Below the pieces are notes generated by a model, which saw nothing but the letters and a program-made list of their open reading frames with translations, was not told the DNA's origin and ran no database searches. Shown one piece after another: positions 1 through 11,796 of a DNA stretch of 64,000 nucleotides. The stretch comes from Gekko japonicus. Its lineage: Eukaryota. The first letter of the stretch is position 1. Each line of letters opens with the position of its first letter. Position numbers and translations under genes: made by a program. The DNA lies in the NCBI RefSeq assembly GCF_001447785.1, contig NW_015164217.1:111577-175576 (forward strand). Direction: 5' to 3'.

Positions 1-256
1 GGTCTCGGTCACACCTGTCTCGGCCGCCCCCTCATCCTCATCACCCAAGCCCCTCAAGGCATTGACGAATGTGGATTTGCCGGCACCGGACTCTCCAGTG
101 ACAGCAATATCAAGCTGGGCGTTCCAGATGGTCTCCAGGCTGCACTGGATACGCGTCACCACCTCAGAAAGACCTCCCAGCTCATAGGCCTCCTGGATCT
201 CGGCAAGCTCCTTCTCAGTGATCAGTTCAAAGCCTACGCGGGCAGGTTTCAGGACC
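1..256 (-). CDS. IRGQ: IRGQ orthologue, coding exon 2 (partial; continues beyond window start): linker plus start of second IRG GTPase domain
   Basis: Not in the ORF track; translated by hand on the minus strand after acceptor ttcccacag| (AG ends at 257): (R)VLKPARVGFELITEKELAEIQEAYELGGLSEVVTRIQCSLETIWNAQLDIAVTGESGAGKSTFVNALRGLGDEDEGAAETGVTET. G1 GESGAGKS is at 96-73 and is followed by G2 TGVTET. Phase 2 matches the donor at 5810. Aligns with recalled human IRGQ RRLLPPAQDGFEVLGAAELEAVREAFETGGL. Confidence 0.85.
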
Positions 257-290
257 CTGTGGGAATCACAGAATCATAGAGTTGTTAGGG

Positions 291-775
291 ACATAAGAAC
301 ATAAGAGATGCCAATGTTGGATCAGGCCAAAGGCCCATCCAGTCCAACACTCTGTGTCACACAGTGGCCAGAAATACCAGGTGCCATCAGGAGGTCCACC
401 AGTGGGGCCCGGACATTAGAAGCCCTCCCACTGTTGACACCCCCCCAAGCACCAAGAAGACAGAGCATCACTTGCCCCAGAGCCCCTAGCTATACATTGT
501 GGCTAATAGCCACCGATGGACCTCTGCTCCATATGCTTATCTAATTCCCTTTTGAAGCCGTCCATCCTTGTAGCTGCCACCACTTCTTGTGGCAGTGAAT
601 TCCATGTGTTAATCACTCTTTGGGTGAAGAAGTACTTCCTTTTATCCGTTCTAACCCGACCGCCCTGCAATTTCATGGAGATCCCACGGGTTCCTATACT
701 GTGAGAAAGGGAGAAGAATACCTCTTTCTCTACCTGCTCTTTCCCATGCATCATCTTATAAACCTCAATCATGTC
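291..775 (-). mobile_element. CR1 LINE 3' fragment (further pieces at ~9000-9245 and 38218-38412)
   Basis: ORF 503..1039 contains MIEVYKMMHG...KRKYFFTQRVINTWNSLPQEVVAA...FKRELDKHM, typical of the CR1 ORF2 C-terminus; cataagaacataag tail. Confidence 0.85.
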
Positions 776-1863
776 CTCCAAGGTCATCGAGTCCCACCCC
801 CTGCACAATGCAGGAAACCCACAAATACCTCCTCCCCACCCCCAGTGACCCCTGCTCCATGCCCAGAAGATGACAAAAAAACCCAACCCGAATCTCCGGC
901 CAAACTGGCCTGGAAAACAATTGCTTCCTGACCCCAAAGTGATGATCAGCATTTCCCTGAGGGTGTAAGAAAGGGCCACGAGAACTACGCCCTGAGGCAA
1001 CCCTTCCTGCCCTCCGTCTCGTGATCTGCCTAAGTTCACAGAATCCGCATTGCTTCCAGATGGCCACCTAGCCTCTGCTTGAAAACCCCCAAAGAAGAAG
1101 AGCCTCCCGAGGAAGCCTGTGGAACTGCTCTGTCAGGAAGTTTGTCCTAACGTTTAGCCAAAATGTTTAGTGTTTAATGTTTTGAAGAAAGAGTGGAGTG
1201 GATTGTAGGCCAGGATGGATCTCACATGGCTACAATCAGTGATGTGGGCTTGAAGTTTCAAATGTAAGTAAATAATATAGATATGTCAGCAAAATGCCAT
1301 GACCTGGATATCCCAGGCAAGCAAGCCCGAACTCGCCAGATCTCGCAAGCCAAGTGGGGCCGACCCTGGCAAGTATCTGGATGGGAGACTTCCAAGGAAT
1401 ACCAGGGTTGGGAGGCAGAGACAGGCTATCTCTCTGAACCTCTGAACATCCTCCATGCTGAGGAGGAGGAGGAGGAAGAGAAAGAAGAAGAGGAAGAAGA
1501 AGAGATTGGATTTATACTCGTCACTCAGAGTGGCTTACAAACCCCTTCCCCTCCCCACAACAGACACCCTGTGAGGTAGTTGGGGCTGAGAGAGCTATTT
1601 AGAGAACTGCTCTTGAGAGAACAGCTCTGAGAGAACTTGTGACTGACCCAAGGTCACCCAGCAGCTGCACGTGGAGGAGTGGGGAATCAAACTCGGTTTT
1701 CCCATATTAGAGTCTGCCACTCTTAACCACTACACCAAACTGGCCAGAGGTCGCCATGACTTCCAGGCATGGGAGCACAAAAAAGCACAGACAGACACAC
1801 ACATATACAATGCAACCCCCCAAAAAATAAAATGTCAGCAAAAGGAGGTATATATCCACCATG

Positions 1864-2266
1864 CAGGGGTCATTTCCTGCAGGAGTGCACAGGAGCGGAG
1901 CTCCGGCAGTAAAGAGCCCAAGGGGCGGGCACATGCAACAAGCCCCACCCCCTGCTCCCAGCAGCCCTCAGTCAGAGCAAGAAGCAGCCAGGTAAGTTGC
2001 AGAGCCCCCCCGTTCAAAACAGTCCAGTGGCAGCTTTAAGACCAAGTTTTATTCAGGTACAAGCTCTTCCTCCTCTGTGAGGACAGATCTGCATTCCCCC
2101 TCCCAAATAGCTAGCAATCCAAAACAGTCCAGTGGAGCCTGAGCAGTGGGTGTTGCCTTCTGACACACTTCCAGTGATGTCAGGGGATGTGGCATCTGCA
2201 AATAAGTTATGCTAATGAGTTATGCTAATGAGCTCCTGCACCTCTTTTTCTAGGAAATGACCCCTG
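1864..2266. mobile_element. hAT-type MITE, TIR CAGGGGTCATTT (other copies ~12590-13009, 19881-20271, 27744-28128, 49879-50076, 52743-53563, 60461-60870)
   Basis: Terminal inverted repeats plus 8-bp TSD ccaccatg (1856-1863 / 2267-2274); TSD acaacaca at the 19881 copy. Confidence 0.85.
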
Positions 2267-2332
2267 CCACCATGTACAAGCTTGGACCACCCACAAAGAA
2301 GCACAAGAGCCCTGACACAACTATAGACAAAG

Positions 2333-2530
2333 GAGCCATGGTTCAGTGGTAGAACATCTGCTTGGCATGCAGAAGGCCCCAGGTTCAATCCCCGGCATCT
2401 CCAGCTAAAAAGACCAGGTCGTAGGTGACATCATAGCTGATGAAAGGCCCTGGAGAGTCACTGCCAGTCTGAGTAGAGAATATTGATGTTAATGGACTAA
2501 TGGTCTGATTCAGTATTAAGGCAGCTTCAT
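2333..2530 (+). mobile_element. tRNA-headed SINE, Squam2/AnolisSINE2-like (others ~20490-20700, 21250-21460, 39600-39820, 45290-45670)
   Basis: tRNA-like head with A/B boxes (tggttcagtggtaga...ggttcaatccc) and tail gattcagtattaaggcagcttc. Confidence 0.65.
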
Positions 2531-3084
2531 GCCTGCAGATAAACAGACCGTATTTACATACATGAGACAGGAAATTTTCCATGGGAAAATATGGCAGTTT
2601 TCCTCCCCCACATCACTGGCTGCCTTAAGTACTAAAATGACGAAGCTGAGTAAGTGTGATGTTAGTACAGAGGGGTTGGATCCTGGGAATCTCTTCTGCC
2701 AGGTTTTCCTTCAAGAGAGAAAGATTTCCTCCAGCGGAGATTGACTCTTCCTGAGAGACAAAGGCTTCTTCTATTGGAGAAAAGTCTTTCTTTGTTGAAA
2801 GAAGTTTTCCTCTGTTGGCAGAAACCTTACGGGAAGGGCGTCGCAGGATCTAACCCGGTGGCTTCAGGAATGCGGACTCTGATGACTCCGCAAGCCTGGC
2901 TGTTACAGAGACGGCTCTGAGAGAAATACTTTTCAGCTGACGTTGTATCATAATAACTATGTAAAAAATGCTGTTCAACTGGATTGGCCCAAGTGACTGT
3001 AACATGAACATCATCCCTGAGTAGTTCCTTTGGAGCAGACACTGTTTACCTCGGGAGGGGGCACTTTTACCCATCTCAGTCTCA

Positions 3085-3420
3085 AAACGAATTGCAATTG
3101 CTAATGAAGCTCAAGACAATGCATCCACCTGGACTTAATCGAGACCTAGGTTCCCTTTCTCATTACCAGTGCTGATTTCTCCATGCCTACTACCCCTCTG
3201 CATATCACACCTAATCCAATCATGCCCGCTATTGTAATTTACCTGCTACTGTCATTCGCCTGCTGTAGTCATTCGGCATATGAAATCACTCCATTCTCCA
3301 AGACAAAAGGACAGACAGACTAACTTTCTAGCTGTATCTGATGAAGTGAGCAGTGACTCTCGAAAGCTACCCTGCCACAAATTTTGTTAATCTTTAAGGT
3401 GCTACTGGACTCTTGCTCTA
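3085..3420 (+). mobile_element. Penelope-like element 3' fragment
   Basis: Remnant reading ELQLLMKLKTMHPPGLNRDLG, resembling the GIY-YIG C-terminus, followed by ctgatgaagtgagc...cgaaagct...aaggtgctactggactc. Confidence 0.55.
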
Positions 3421-3611
3421 TGCTAAAGTTGCAGGAAAATTAACAGATCCCCCCCCACCGCCGCATTAAAGGTGCATTATTTAGTGTGTGTCAACGCAGC
3501 CTCAGGTAAGTTATTAGGGACTGTAGTCTAACTGTGTTTAGCTTGCATAAACTAGGATCCTGCTATGTAATTTCTGTATCATTTAATGTGTTAAGACTTA
3601 TGCTAGGAGAC

Positions 3612-3870
3612 TCAGTTTGGTGTAGTGGGTAAGAGTGGCGGACTCTAATCTGAGAAAACCGAGTTTGATCCCCCCACTCCGCCACATGCAGCTGCTGGAG
3701 TGACCTTGGGTCAGTCACAAATTCTCTCACAGCTGTTCTCTCAAGGGCAGTCCTCGAAAGAGCTCTCTCAGCCCCACCCACCTCGCAGGGTGTCTGCTGT
3801 GGGGAGGGGAAGGGAAAGGAGATTGTAAACCACTCTGAGTGAAGAGCAGGGTATAAATCCAACCTTTTCT
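3612..3870 (+). mobile_element. Squam3-like tRNA/CORE SINE (many copies: ~1500-1747, 14020-14290, 28230-28495, 29282-29550, 35060-35750, 45905-46310, 50515-50765, 51715-51955, 57505-57780, 58135-58400, 59168-59625, 61803-62290)
   Basis: Recurrent cagtttggtgtagtggttaag...ggactctaatctgggagaacc...ctcagccccacctacctcacagggtgtctgttgtgggg...gggtataaatccaatc unit. Confidence 0.8.
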
Positions 3871-5809
3871 TCTCTCTTATGTCCAGGGCCGCCTGTTGTT
3901 GTTAAATTTTAGACTGTCGCCTAGGGCAACGGCTCGACGAGGGCGCCATTCTGGCCGGCCTCATCCCCTCCTCGCCCCGCACAGGAAGCCTCCCTTGCCG
4001 GCTTCTTGCCCCGTCCCCGGTAAGAGACTCCTCTCTTTTCAACCCCCCAGACAGAAAGAGAAGGAGGTGGGGGGGGAGGCGCGGGGAACAGCCCCCACGG
4101 TCTCTTAGAAGCTTTTTTTGTAGCCTGGCACAGGCCCCCTTCCCCTCCCCTTGAGCGAAACCCGCCCCCCCCTCCCCGCACGTATTTGCAACTCACCCCC
4201 TTGGTCCGCCCGCTGCGGCTCCCGCACCCACCCCTGTNNNNNNNNNNNNNNNNNNNNNNNNNNNNNNNNNNNNNNNNNNNNNNNNNCTGCAACCTGATAT
4301 AGCTAGGGCCGGTCCATTATTGTTAAATTTTAAGCCATCGCCTAGGGCAACGGCTCAATGAGGGCACCATTCTGGCCGGCCTCGTCCCCTCCTCGCCTCG
4401 CACAGGAAGCCTCCCTTGCCAGCTTCTTGCTCCGTCACTGGCAAGAGACTCCCCTCTTTGCAGCCCCCCAGAGAGAAAGAGAAGGAGGCAGGGGGGACAG
4501 GCGCGGGGAACAGCCCGGGACGACGGAAAAGTGCAGCTCACCCTCTGTCGTCCCCTCGGCCTGCCCGCTGCGGCTCCAGCACCTGCCCCCATCCTGCACC
4601 AGGACGGGGGGCGCCAGAATGTATCCTCGCCTAGTGGGCAAAAAAACTTGGGGCCATCACTGCTTATGTCTACGCTTCGCTTCAGTTCTGTTTTTAGATT
4701 TCTGATTGGTTCTACAACCTTAAACCCATCGTGCTGTTTAATGAATACCTCATCCTGTCAACTGTACTGACTCACTCTTGGTAATCCGCCTTGAATCCAA
4801 GAGAGAAAGGCGGACTATGAACGATGTCATTTAAAACAAAATGAATACCGCCAAATCTCCACGAGTTTCCCAAACCCTAAGGTCAACCACGGGATGGCCC
4901 CTACTCAGACCAAAACTGCGCAGGAAGAAAGAAGACGTTTAGCTCTTGCGTGTGCTTCTGTTGATCCGAACCTACTCCCCAGATCTTGGCAGCTAAGCAG
5001 GGTCAACTCTAGCAAGTACTTGGATGCAATGCTCCCTCTAAGCTGTGGAGTCTTGTGAGCAAAAATCCTACTTTGTGAGCTAGTGGCATTAAAGTTGTGA
5101 GCGAGCGATTTGGCTGCTGCGTAAATTAGTTTGCTCTGCAGCCATCCTCCCTGAGCTAAGACCAAAATGTGTGAGCTGGAGGCTAAAAAACTGTGAGCTA
5201 GCTCNNNNNNNNNNNNNNNNNNNNNNNNNNNNCAGCAATGTTCCCTCTAAGCTGTGGAGTCTTGTGAGCAAAAATTCTGCTTTGTGAGCTCCTGGCATTC
5301 GAGTTGTGAGCGAGCAATTTGGCTACTGCATCAATTAGTTTGCTCTGGAGCCATCCGTCCTGAGCTAAGACAAAAAGGTGTGAGCCGGAGGCTAAACAAC
5401 TGTGAGCTAGCTCACACTCACTCGGCTTAGGTCACACTAATTCGGCTTAGGTCACACTAATTCGGCTTAGAGGGAACACTGACGACCAGTGTTCCCTCTA
5501 AGCCGAATTAGTGTGACCTAGCTCAGTTTTTGAGCCTCCGGCTCACACCTTCTTGACTTAGCTCAGGAAGGAGGGCTCCAGAGCAAACCAACTTATGCAG
5601 TAGCCAAATTGGCTCGCTCACAACTTTAGCGTCAGGAGCTCACAAAGTCGGATTTTCGCTCACAAGTCTCCACAGCTTAGAGGGAGGAACCCACCCACCC
5701 CCACACTTGTAATTAGGACCATGGCCACAGTCCCATCCTGTTTCCCCCAAACGCAGCCCCCGCAAAGCCCTGCCGAAGGTTCCCGCAGCGTCCAAGCCAT
5801 TGTACTGAC

Positions 5810-6402
5810 CTCTCGTATATTTCTACATCTTTCAGCAGTGTTTCTCGCAGTTGGGGGCAGTCCAGCGCGTAGGGCTCAAACGCGGAGATCAGGAACACAA
5901 AGGGCTCCCCGAGGCCGTGGGCCCCGAGAGACTCAGCACAGACGCCCCGCAGAGCGTTGAGTACCTCCGACCGGTCGTAGCGTTCGCCCATCAGCCGCTT
6001 GAGGGTGTGCACCTCCAGGTCGGCCTTGGTCCGGGCAAAATAGACTTTCTTGCCAGCCACTCGGACCTCCCCGGCAAGGCGGGCGTGGACCTCATCGAAC
6101 TTGCCATCCGTCACCATGACAAACACGTCCGCCTCCCCTAGCCATCGCTCCGCTTGTCCTTCGCCCTCCAGTTCCAACTCCCATATCAGTAAGTTGGGGT
6201 GGGAGGGATCGGGGTACATGACGGGACCCCCCGGTTTAGGTAGGGCACCCACGGGCGCGGATCCAACATCCCCTTCTGTCATCCCTCGCACGGCGTTCAG
6301 GAAGGCGGACTTGCCCACACCGGGCTTGCCTATGACAACCACGGAGACATCCCCCTGCTCAGGGGAACCTGAGGTGGAGCTCTGAGGGGTCTTGAGAGGC
6401 AT
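5810..6402 (-). CDS. IRGQ: IRGQ orthologue, coding exon 1: N-terminal IRG-type GTPase domain
   Basis: Within ORF 5713..6510. Acceptor tttcag| at 6427, ATG at 6402 (MPLKTPQ...), donor GAG AG|gtcagt at 5810 (593 nt, phase 2). Motifs: QGDVSVVVIGKPGVGKS (recalled human IRGQ QGDVTALFLGPPGLGKS), WELE in place of WDLPG, RTKAD (G4), LISAF (G5). Confidence 0.85.
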
Positions 6403-7877
6403 TCCGGATGCAGGAAAAGGGCGTCCCTGAAAGATGCTGCGGAAACATGAGAAAAGGGAAAATGTGAAGCGGAGGCAGAGGTTTTGCCCGGAGGCTAGCA
6501 TTAAACACAACGAACTTTGCCAGATTATATTTTACGCAGGGCTCTTTCTGTAGAAAAAAACCAGCAGGAACTCATTAGCATAATAGGCCACACCCAACAG
6601 CAGGAACTCATTAGCATATTGGGCTACGCCCCTGACAGCACAGCTCATTGGCACATTAGGCCACACCCCCATGTTACCAGAAGTGTGCTCATCCAGCCAC
6701 ACCCACCTTTTGCTTCTTATTCTGTTTACCCAGGGCTTTTTTTGTAGCAGGAACTTCTTTGCATGTTAGGCCACACACCCCTAATGTAGCCAATCCTAAT
6801 GAGTTCCTGCTGTTGAGTGTGGCCTATTATGCTAATGAGTTCCTGCTGGGCATGGCCAATTTGGGAGCCAGCCGGAACGCCGTTCCTGTGCGTTCCTGCC
6901 CAAAAATAGCCCTGATTACGCCAATTTTCTATCAAGCTGCCAAAATGGAACTAGTTAGCCTCCAGCCGTGAACAACCTGCTCTAATACTTTCTACTAATT
7001 CCTCTGCTTGCTGCTGAAGATGAGACACATATCTGCCCCCCCCAATCTAGAGCAAACCAAGCGCTATCAGCTCCAACCCACTGTTTGTTTGCACCATGCT
7101 AAACAAAGCGGTAGAAAGGGAAGGAAAATATACGCCCTTGATTGGGGCAGAGCCTTAAAATAAATCACTCAGTGGCTATCTAAGCACCGTTAGCCTTTTA
7201 AAACAGGCCTTGGCCAATTTTCTTTGGCTTTACGAGCTGCCCTAAAAGATTTAGGAGCCAGATTTATTTTTCAGCCTTTTCATATTTTCATAACCATGTG
7301 TTGTAATCATGGCTACCGCAAAACCTAATTCTAAACTCCCCATAATTTCTTGTCCTTTTTAAAAGCGATCACAAGCAATGCTCCCTCTAAGCTGTGGAGC
7401 CTTGTGAGCAAAACTTCTATCTTGCGGGCTATTGGCATTAAAGCTGTGAGCGAGCGATTTGGCGACTGCATAAATTACTTCGCTCTGGAGCCACCCTCCC
7501 TGAGCTAAGACAAAAATGTGTGAGCCAGAGGCTAAAAAACCGTGAGCTAGCTCACACTCACTCAGCTTAGAGGGGACACTGAATTCACAAGTGGTGTCGA
7601 AGGAGAGTTTTATGGATCCCGTGGATTACCCAAAAGACAAATCAGGGGGTTCTGGATCAACTCAAGCCTAAACTCTCCCTAGAAGCTAGAACGACTGAAC
7701 TGAGGTTATCATACTTCGCATTATGAGAAGACAAGAGTCACTGGAAAAGATAATGATGCTAGGAAACGTTGAAGGCCGAAGGAAAAGAAGACCCAGCATG
7801 AGACGGATTGACTCAATCAAGGAAGCTACAGCCCTCAGTTTGCATGACCTAAGTGAGGTTTGTTCATGGATAGGAGC

Positions 7878-8234
7878 AGGGCTTTTTTTGTAGAAAAGGC
7901 CCAGCAGGAACTCATTAGCATAATAGGCCACACCCAATAGCAGAAACTCATTCGCATATTAGGCCACACCCCCATGTTACCAGAAGTGTGGTCATCCAGC
8001 CACACCCACCTTTTGCTTCTTATTCTGTTTACCTTGTTTGTTGTCAAAACCCAGGGCTATTTTTGTAGCAGGAACCCCTTGCATGTTAGGCCACACACCC
8101 CTAATGTAGCCAATCCTAATGAGTTTCTGCTGTTGGGTGTGGCCTGTTATGCTAATGAGTTCCTCCTGGGCGTGGCCAACTTGGGAGCCAGCCGGAACTC
8201 CGTTCCTGCGCGCTCCTGCCCAAAAATAGCCCTG
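7878..8234. mobile_element. hAT-type MITE, TIR CAGGGCT (copies 6537-6914, 8506-8875, 18384-18779, 53044-53439)
   Basis: cagggctttttt...aaaaatagccctg with 8-bp TSD gataggag; internal ctcattagcat repeats. Confidence 0.85.
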
Positions 8235-8312
8235 GATAGGAGGTTTTGGAGGACAGAGAGAAGTCAGAGAGAACTTAACGGACACGTCAAAGGTGTGTAC
8301 ATAAAAACGAAG

Positions 8313-8500
8313 TGCCCTGAGCTGAATAGCCCAGGCTAGCCCAATCTCCTCCGATCTCAGAAGCTAAATAGGGTCAGCCTTGGTTACTACTTGGATGGGG
8401 AGACCACCAAGGAATACCAGGGTCACAACGCATAGGCAGGTGATGGTAAACCACCTCCGAACGCCTCTTGTCTTGAAAACCCTACGGAGTCACCGTTGAG
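8313..8500 (+). mobile_element. 5S rRNA-headed SINE (5S-Sauria-like; others ~1300-1450, 4965-5027, 31840-32230 split by a MITE, 52505-52660)
   Basis: Degenerate 5S-like core gcccaatctcctccgatctcagaagctaaatagggtcagccttggttactacttggatggggagaccaccaaggaatacc followed by a non-5S tail. Confidence 0.75.
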
Positions 8501-9426
8501 TCAACCAGGGCTTTTTTTTTAGAACTCATTAGCATAATAGGCCACACCCAATGGCAGAAACTCATTAGCATATTAAGCCACACCCCTGACAGCACAGCTT
8601 ATTAGCACATTAGGCCACACCCGCCATGTTTTCAGAAGTGTGCTCATCCAGCCACACCCACCTTTTGCTTCTTATTCTGTTTACCTTGTTTGTTGTCAAA
8701 ACCCAGGGCTCTTTTTGGAGCAGGAACCCCTTTGCATGTTAGGCCACACACCCCTAATGTAGCCAATCCTAATGAGTTTCTGCTGTTGGGTGTGGCCTGT
8801 TATGCTAATGAGTTCCTCCTGGGCGTGGCCAACTCGGGAGCCAGCCGGAACTCCGTTCCTGTGCGTTCCTGCCCAACAGTGACGTGATGGCAAAAACAAA
8901 ACCAGTTGTCACCGCACACACAGAAAAAGCTAACCTCCGTCTCTCACCTGAAGGTGCTTTGTATTTCTACTGACAATCAACAAGGGGCCTTTACTAGAAT
9001 AAGAACATAAGAGCACAGGAGAATCTAATGCTGGATCAGGCCAATGGGCCCATCCAGTCCAACACTCTGTCACACAGTGGCCAAAAACACCAGGTGCCAC
9101 CAGGAGGTCCACCCGTGGGGCCAGGACACCACAAGCCCTCCCACTGTTGCCCCCCTTCCCAAGCACCAAGAAGACAGAGCATCACTTGCCCCAAACCGAG
9201 AGTTCCTCTCTATGCCTTGTGGCTAATAGCCACTGATGGACCTCTGATTCAAAACGACTGCAGAAAATATCAGGCGCCGCAATGGAATTTCTAGCTGCTA
9301 TCAAGCCCTGTTTTAAAACTTAAATGTCAGATCGGTAGCCATCTTAAGCCTGCAGCAGCAAAAAGCCTTTAAGGTGGCACTGGACTCCTGTTTAATTCGG
9401 CCGCCGCTACTAGTGATGATGTAAAA

Positions 9427-9780
9427 GGAGCTGCGGTGGCTCAAGTGGTTAAGACGCTGAACTGCAGGCTGTGGAAGGTTAGTAGTTCAGCAGTTCGAGA
9501 CCCGGGTGCCGCATGATGGAGTGAGCTCCCGTCTCTAGTTCCAGCTCCTGCCAACCTAGCAGTTCGAAAGCAAGAAATTGCAAGTAGATAAATAGGTACC
9601 ACTTCGGTGGGAAGGGAACAGCGTTCTGTGCGCCTTGGTGTTTAGTCATGCCAGCCACATGACCACGGAAACGTCTTCGGACAGCGCTGGCTCTTCGGCT
9701 TGGAAACGGAAATGAGCACCACAACCCTAGAGTCGGATTCGACTGGCTTTCGAGCAAGGGAACCTTTACCTTTACCTTAC
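9427..9780 (+). mobile_element. Sauria SINE (others 16606-17143 minus, 26516-27415 split, 31058-31410, 41111-41437)
   Basis: ggagctgcggtggctcaagtggttaag...agcagttcgaaagc...gtagataaataggtacc...gaacctttacctttacc, the diagnostic Sauria SINE body and (ACCTTT)n tail. Confidence 0.85.
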
Positions 9781-10960
9781 TAGTGATGTGCTTCTTAAAA
9801 AGGCTTGAGTACTTTACCACCAACTCATCTCCTTCGGCTTTGAAACGGAGATGAGCACCGCAACCCTAGAGTCGGATTCGACTGGCTTTCGAGCAAGGGA
9901 ACCTTTACCTTTTACATCTCCTTGAATTGTACTTTCCCAGTACCTGACGCTGACACCCTCATGCTTTGGAGAGATGCTTCCTGTTTGACTAGCCGACAAC
10001 AACAACAACAACATAGTCTAATCCAACCCAAGCAAGCCAATTACACAAAACCTACCATTTATTTCAGCATCCAAGATTCAGAGTTTGATAGATTAAAGAA
10101 GGAAAGGGCAAAAAAGAAACACAGGGGAATTATTAGTGATATTTTGTTCCTAAGCGTGTAGCCACGGACCAGGATTAATATCATGGTGCCATGTTAAATG
10201 AATGCTAAGAAGGCATAATTGAAAAGGACTGACACAACAAATCAGCAAAACGGGCGTCCATAATTCAGCAAAATTGGCTGCCCGGCGGTGACAGGTACAA
10301 GAGCTTTTCGGAGATTAAATTGTTCAGCTAACGGCTAGGCGAACAGGAAGAACTTCAGGTAATCAGGAATTCTTTGTTACGTGGGGCCTCCTTGACAAAT
10401 GGTAATGAACACCGTCTCTCTCCCCGAGGCAGATTTATCAGCCTCAGCAGAAAGTAACACTTCCAAGGTCACGGCGGTCCCTGCCAGCGGAGGCAGAACT
10501 CTAATAACAGCCCAAACTCATGACCATGTTACCAGTTTGGAACTCTGACTCAAATGTTTATCACTCCTCCCTGGGACGGACCGTTTCAGGTGGGTCGCCG
10601 TGTTGAACTGAAGCAACAGGATGACGTTCTGAGTCCGGTGGCACCTTTAAGTCCGACAAAGTTTAATTCTGGGGATAAACTTTCGTGTGTATGCCAGGCC
10701 CGTCGCTACAGTGGGGCGTTTAGGGGCCCTGCCCCCTTAATTAAAAACCCCGCCCCACAACTAGCCATGCTAGAAAACTAATTTTTGAGGAGAGATCCCC
10801 CCCAAAAAACCCAACTGCTGGCAGTAGCCAAGAGAATAACTTTGTAGGTCTTGCCCTCGGGCTTCCCTTTCCCTCCCACTGTGGATTTTTTTTGCAGGGG
10901 ATCATGGGAAAAGACAGCTCAGTAGGCATTTAATTACCTTCAGAAGGCATCTGTATAAGG

Positions 10961-11796
10961 CTCAAGAAGCAACAGTTAGAACCGGATATGGAACAACTGA
11001 TTGGTTTAGCATAGGAAAAGGAGTACGACAAGGATGTATATTGTCACCTTGCTTATTTAATATATATGCAGAGTACATCATGCGAAATGCTGGCCTGGAT
11101 GAATCACAAGCGGGAATTAAGATTGCTGGGAAAAAGATCAACAACCTCAGATATGCAGACGATACCACTCTAATGGCAGAAAGTGAAGAGGACCTTAAGA
11201 GCCTCTTGCTCAGGGTCAAAGAGGAGAGCGCAAAAGTGGGCTTCAAGCTCAACATCAAGAAAACTAAGATCATGGCATCCGATCCCATCACTTCTTGGCA
11301 AATAGAAGGGGAAGTCGTTGAAGTAGTGAAAGATTTCACGTTCCTGGGATCCCAGATCACAGCAGCCATGAAATTAAAAGACGCCTGCTCCTTGGGAGGA
11401 AAGCGATGGCGAACCTAAACAGCATGATAAAAAGTAGAGACATCACCCTGCCAACAAAAGTCCGCATGGTCAAAGCAATGGTATTCCCAGTAGTCATGTA
11501 TGGCTGCGAGAGTTGGACTATAAGGAAGGCCAAGCACTGAAGAATAGATTCTTTTGAACTATGGTGCTGGAGAAGACTCTTGAGAGTCCCTTGGACTGCA
11601 AGAAGAACAAATCAGTCAATCCTCAAAGAAATCAACCCTGACTGTTCCCTGGAAGGCCAGATAATGAAACTGAAGCTCAAATACTTTGGCCACCAAATGA
11701 GAAGGGAGCACTCACTGGAGAAGACCCTGATGCTGGGAAAGATTGAAGGTCAAAGAAGACGGGGACGGCAAAGGATGAGATGGTTAGACAGTGTCA
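10961..11796 (+). mobile_element. RTE-BovB LINE fragment (RT C-terminal half, frameshifted); other fragments 33895-34311 minus, 51283-51451 minus, 61350-61787 plus
   Basis: SPCLFNIYAEYIMRNAGL...NLRYADDTTLMAESEEDL...VPWTARRTNQSILKEINPDCSLEG...RGRQRMRWLD; (CAA)n tail in 3'-complete copies; frameshift near 11360. Confidence 0.92.

Noticed and set aside
2333-2405. tRNA gene
   Set aside because: Followed by a SINE body that recurs elsewhere in the window; it is a tRNA-derived SINE head.
3884-4665. GC-rich duplicated block as a CpG-island promoter or novel repeat
   Set aside because: Two diverged copies of a CAGGGCCG-ended transposon-like unit flanking an N gap; TE duplication or an assembly artefact is more likely.
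5713-5809. C-terminal tail of the 265-aa ORF as a stand-alone single-domain IRG
   Set aside because: The donor at 5810 is phase-compatible with the exon at 256 and similarity to IRGQ continues across the junction, so the tail is intron read-through.
8313-8425. 5S rRNA gene
   Set aside because: Degenerate, dispersed and fused to a SINE tail; it is a 5S-derived SINE head.
6537-8880. CRISPR-like or regularly spaced repeat array (ctcattagcata units)
   Set aside because: Internal subterminal repeats of hAT MITEs in a eukaryotic genome; no unique spacers or cas genes.
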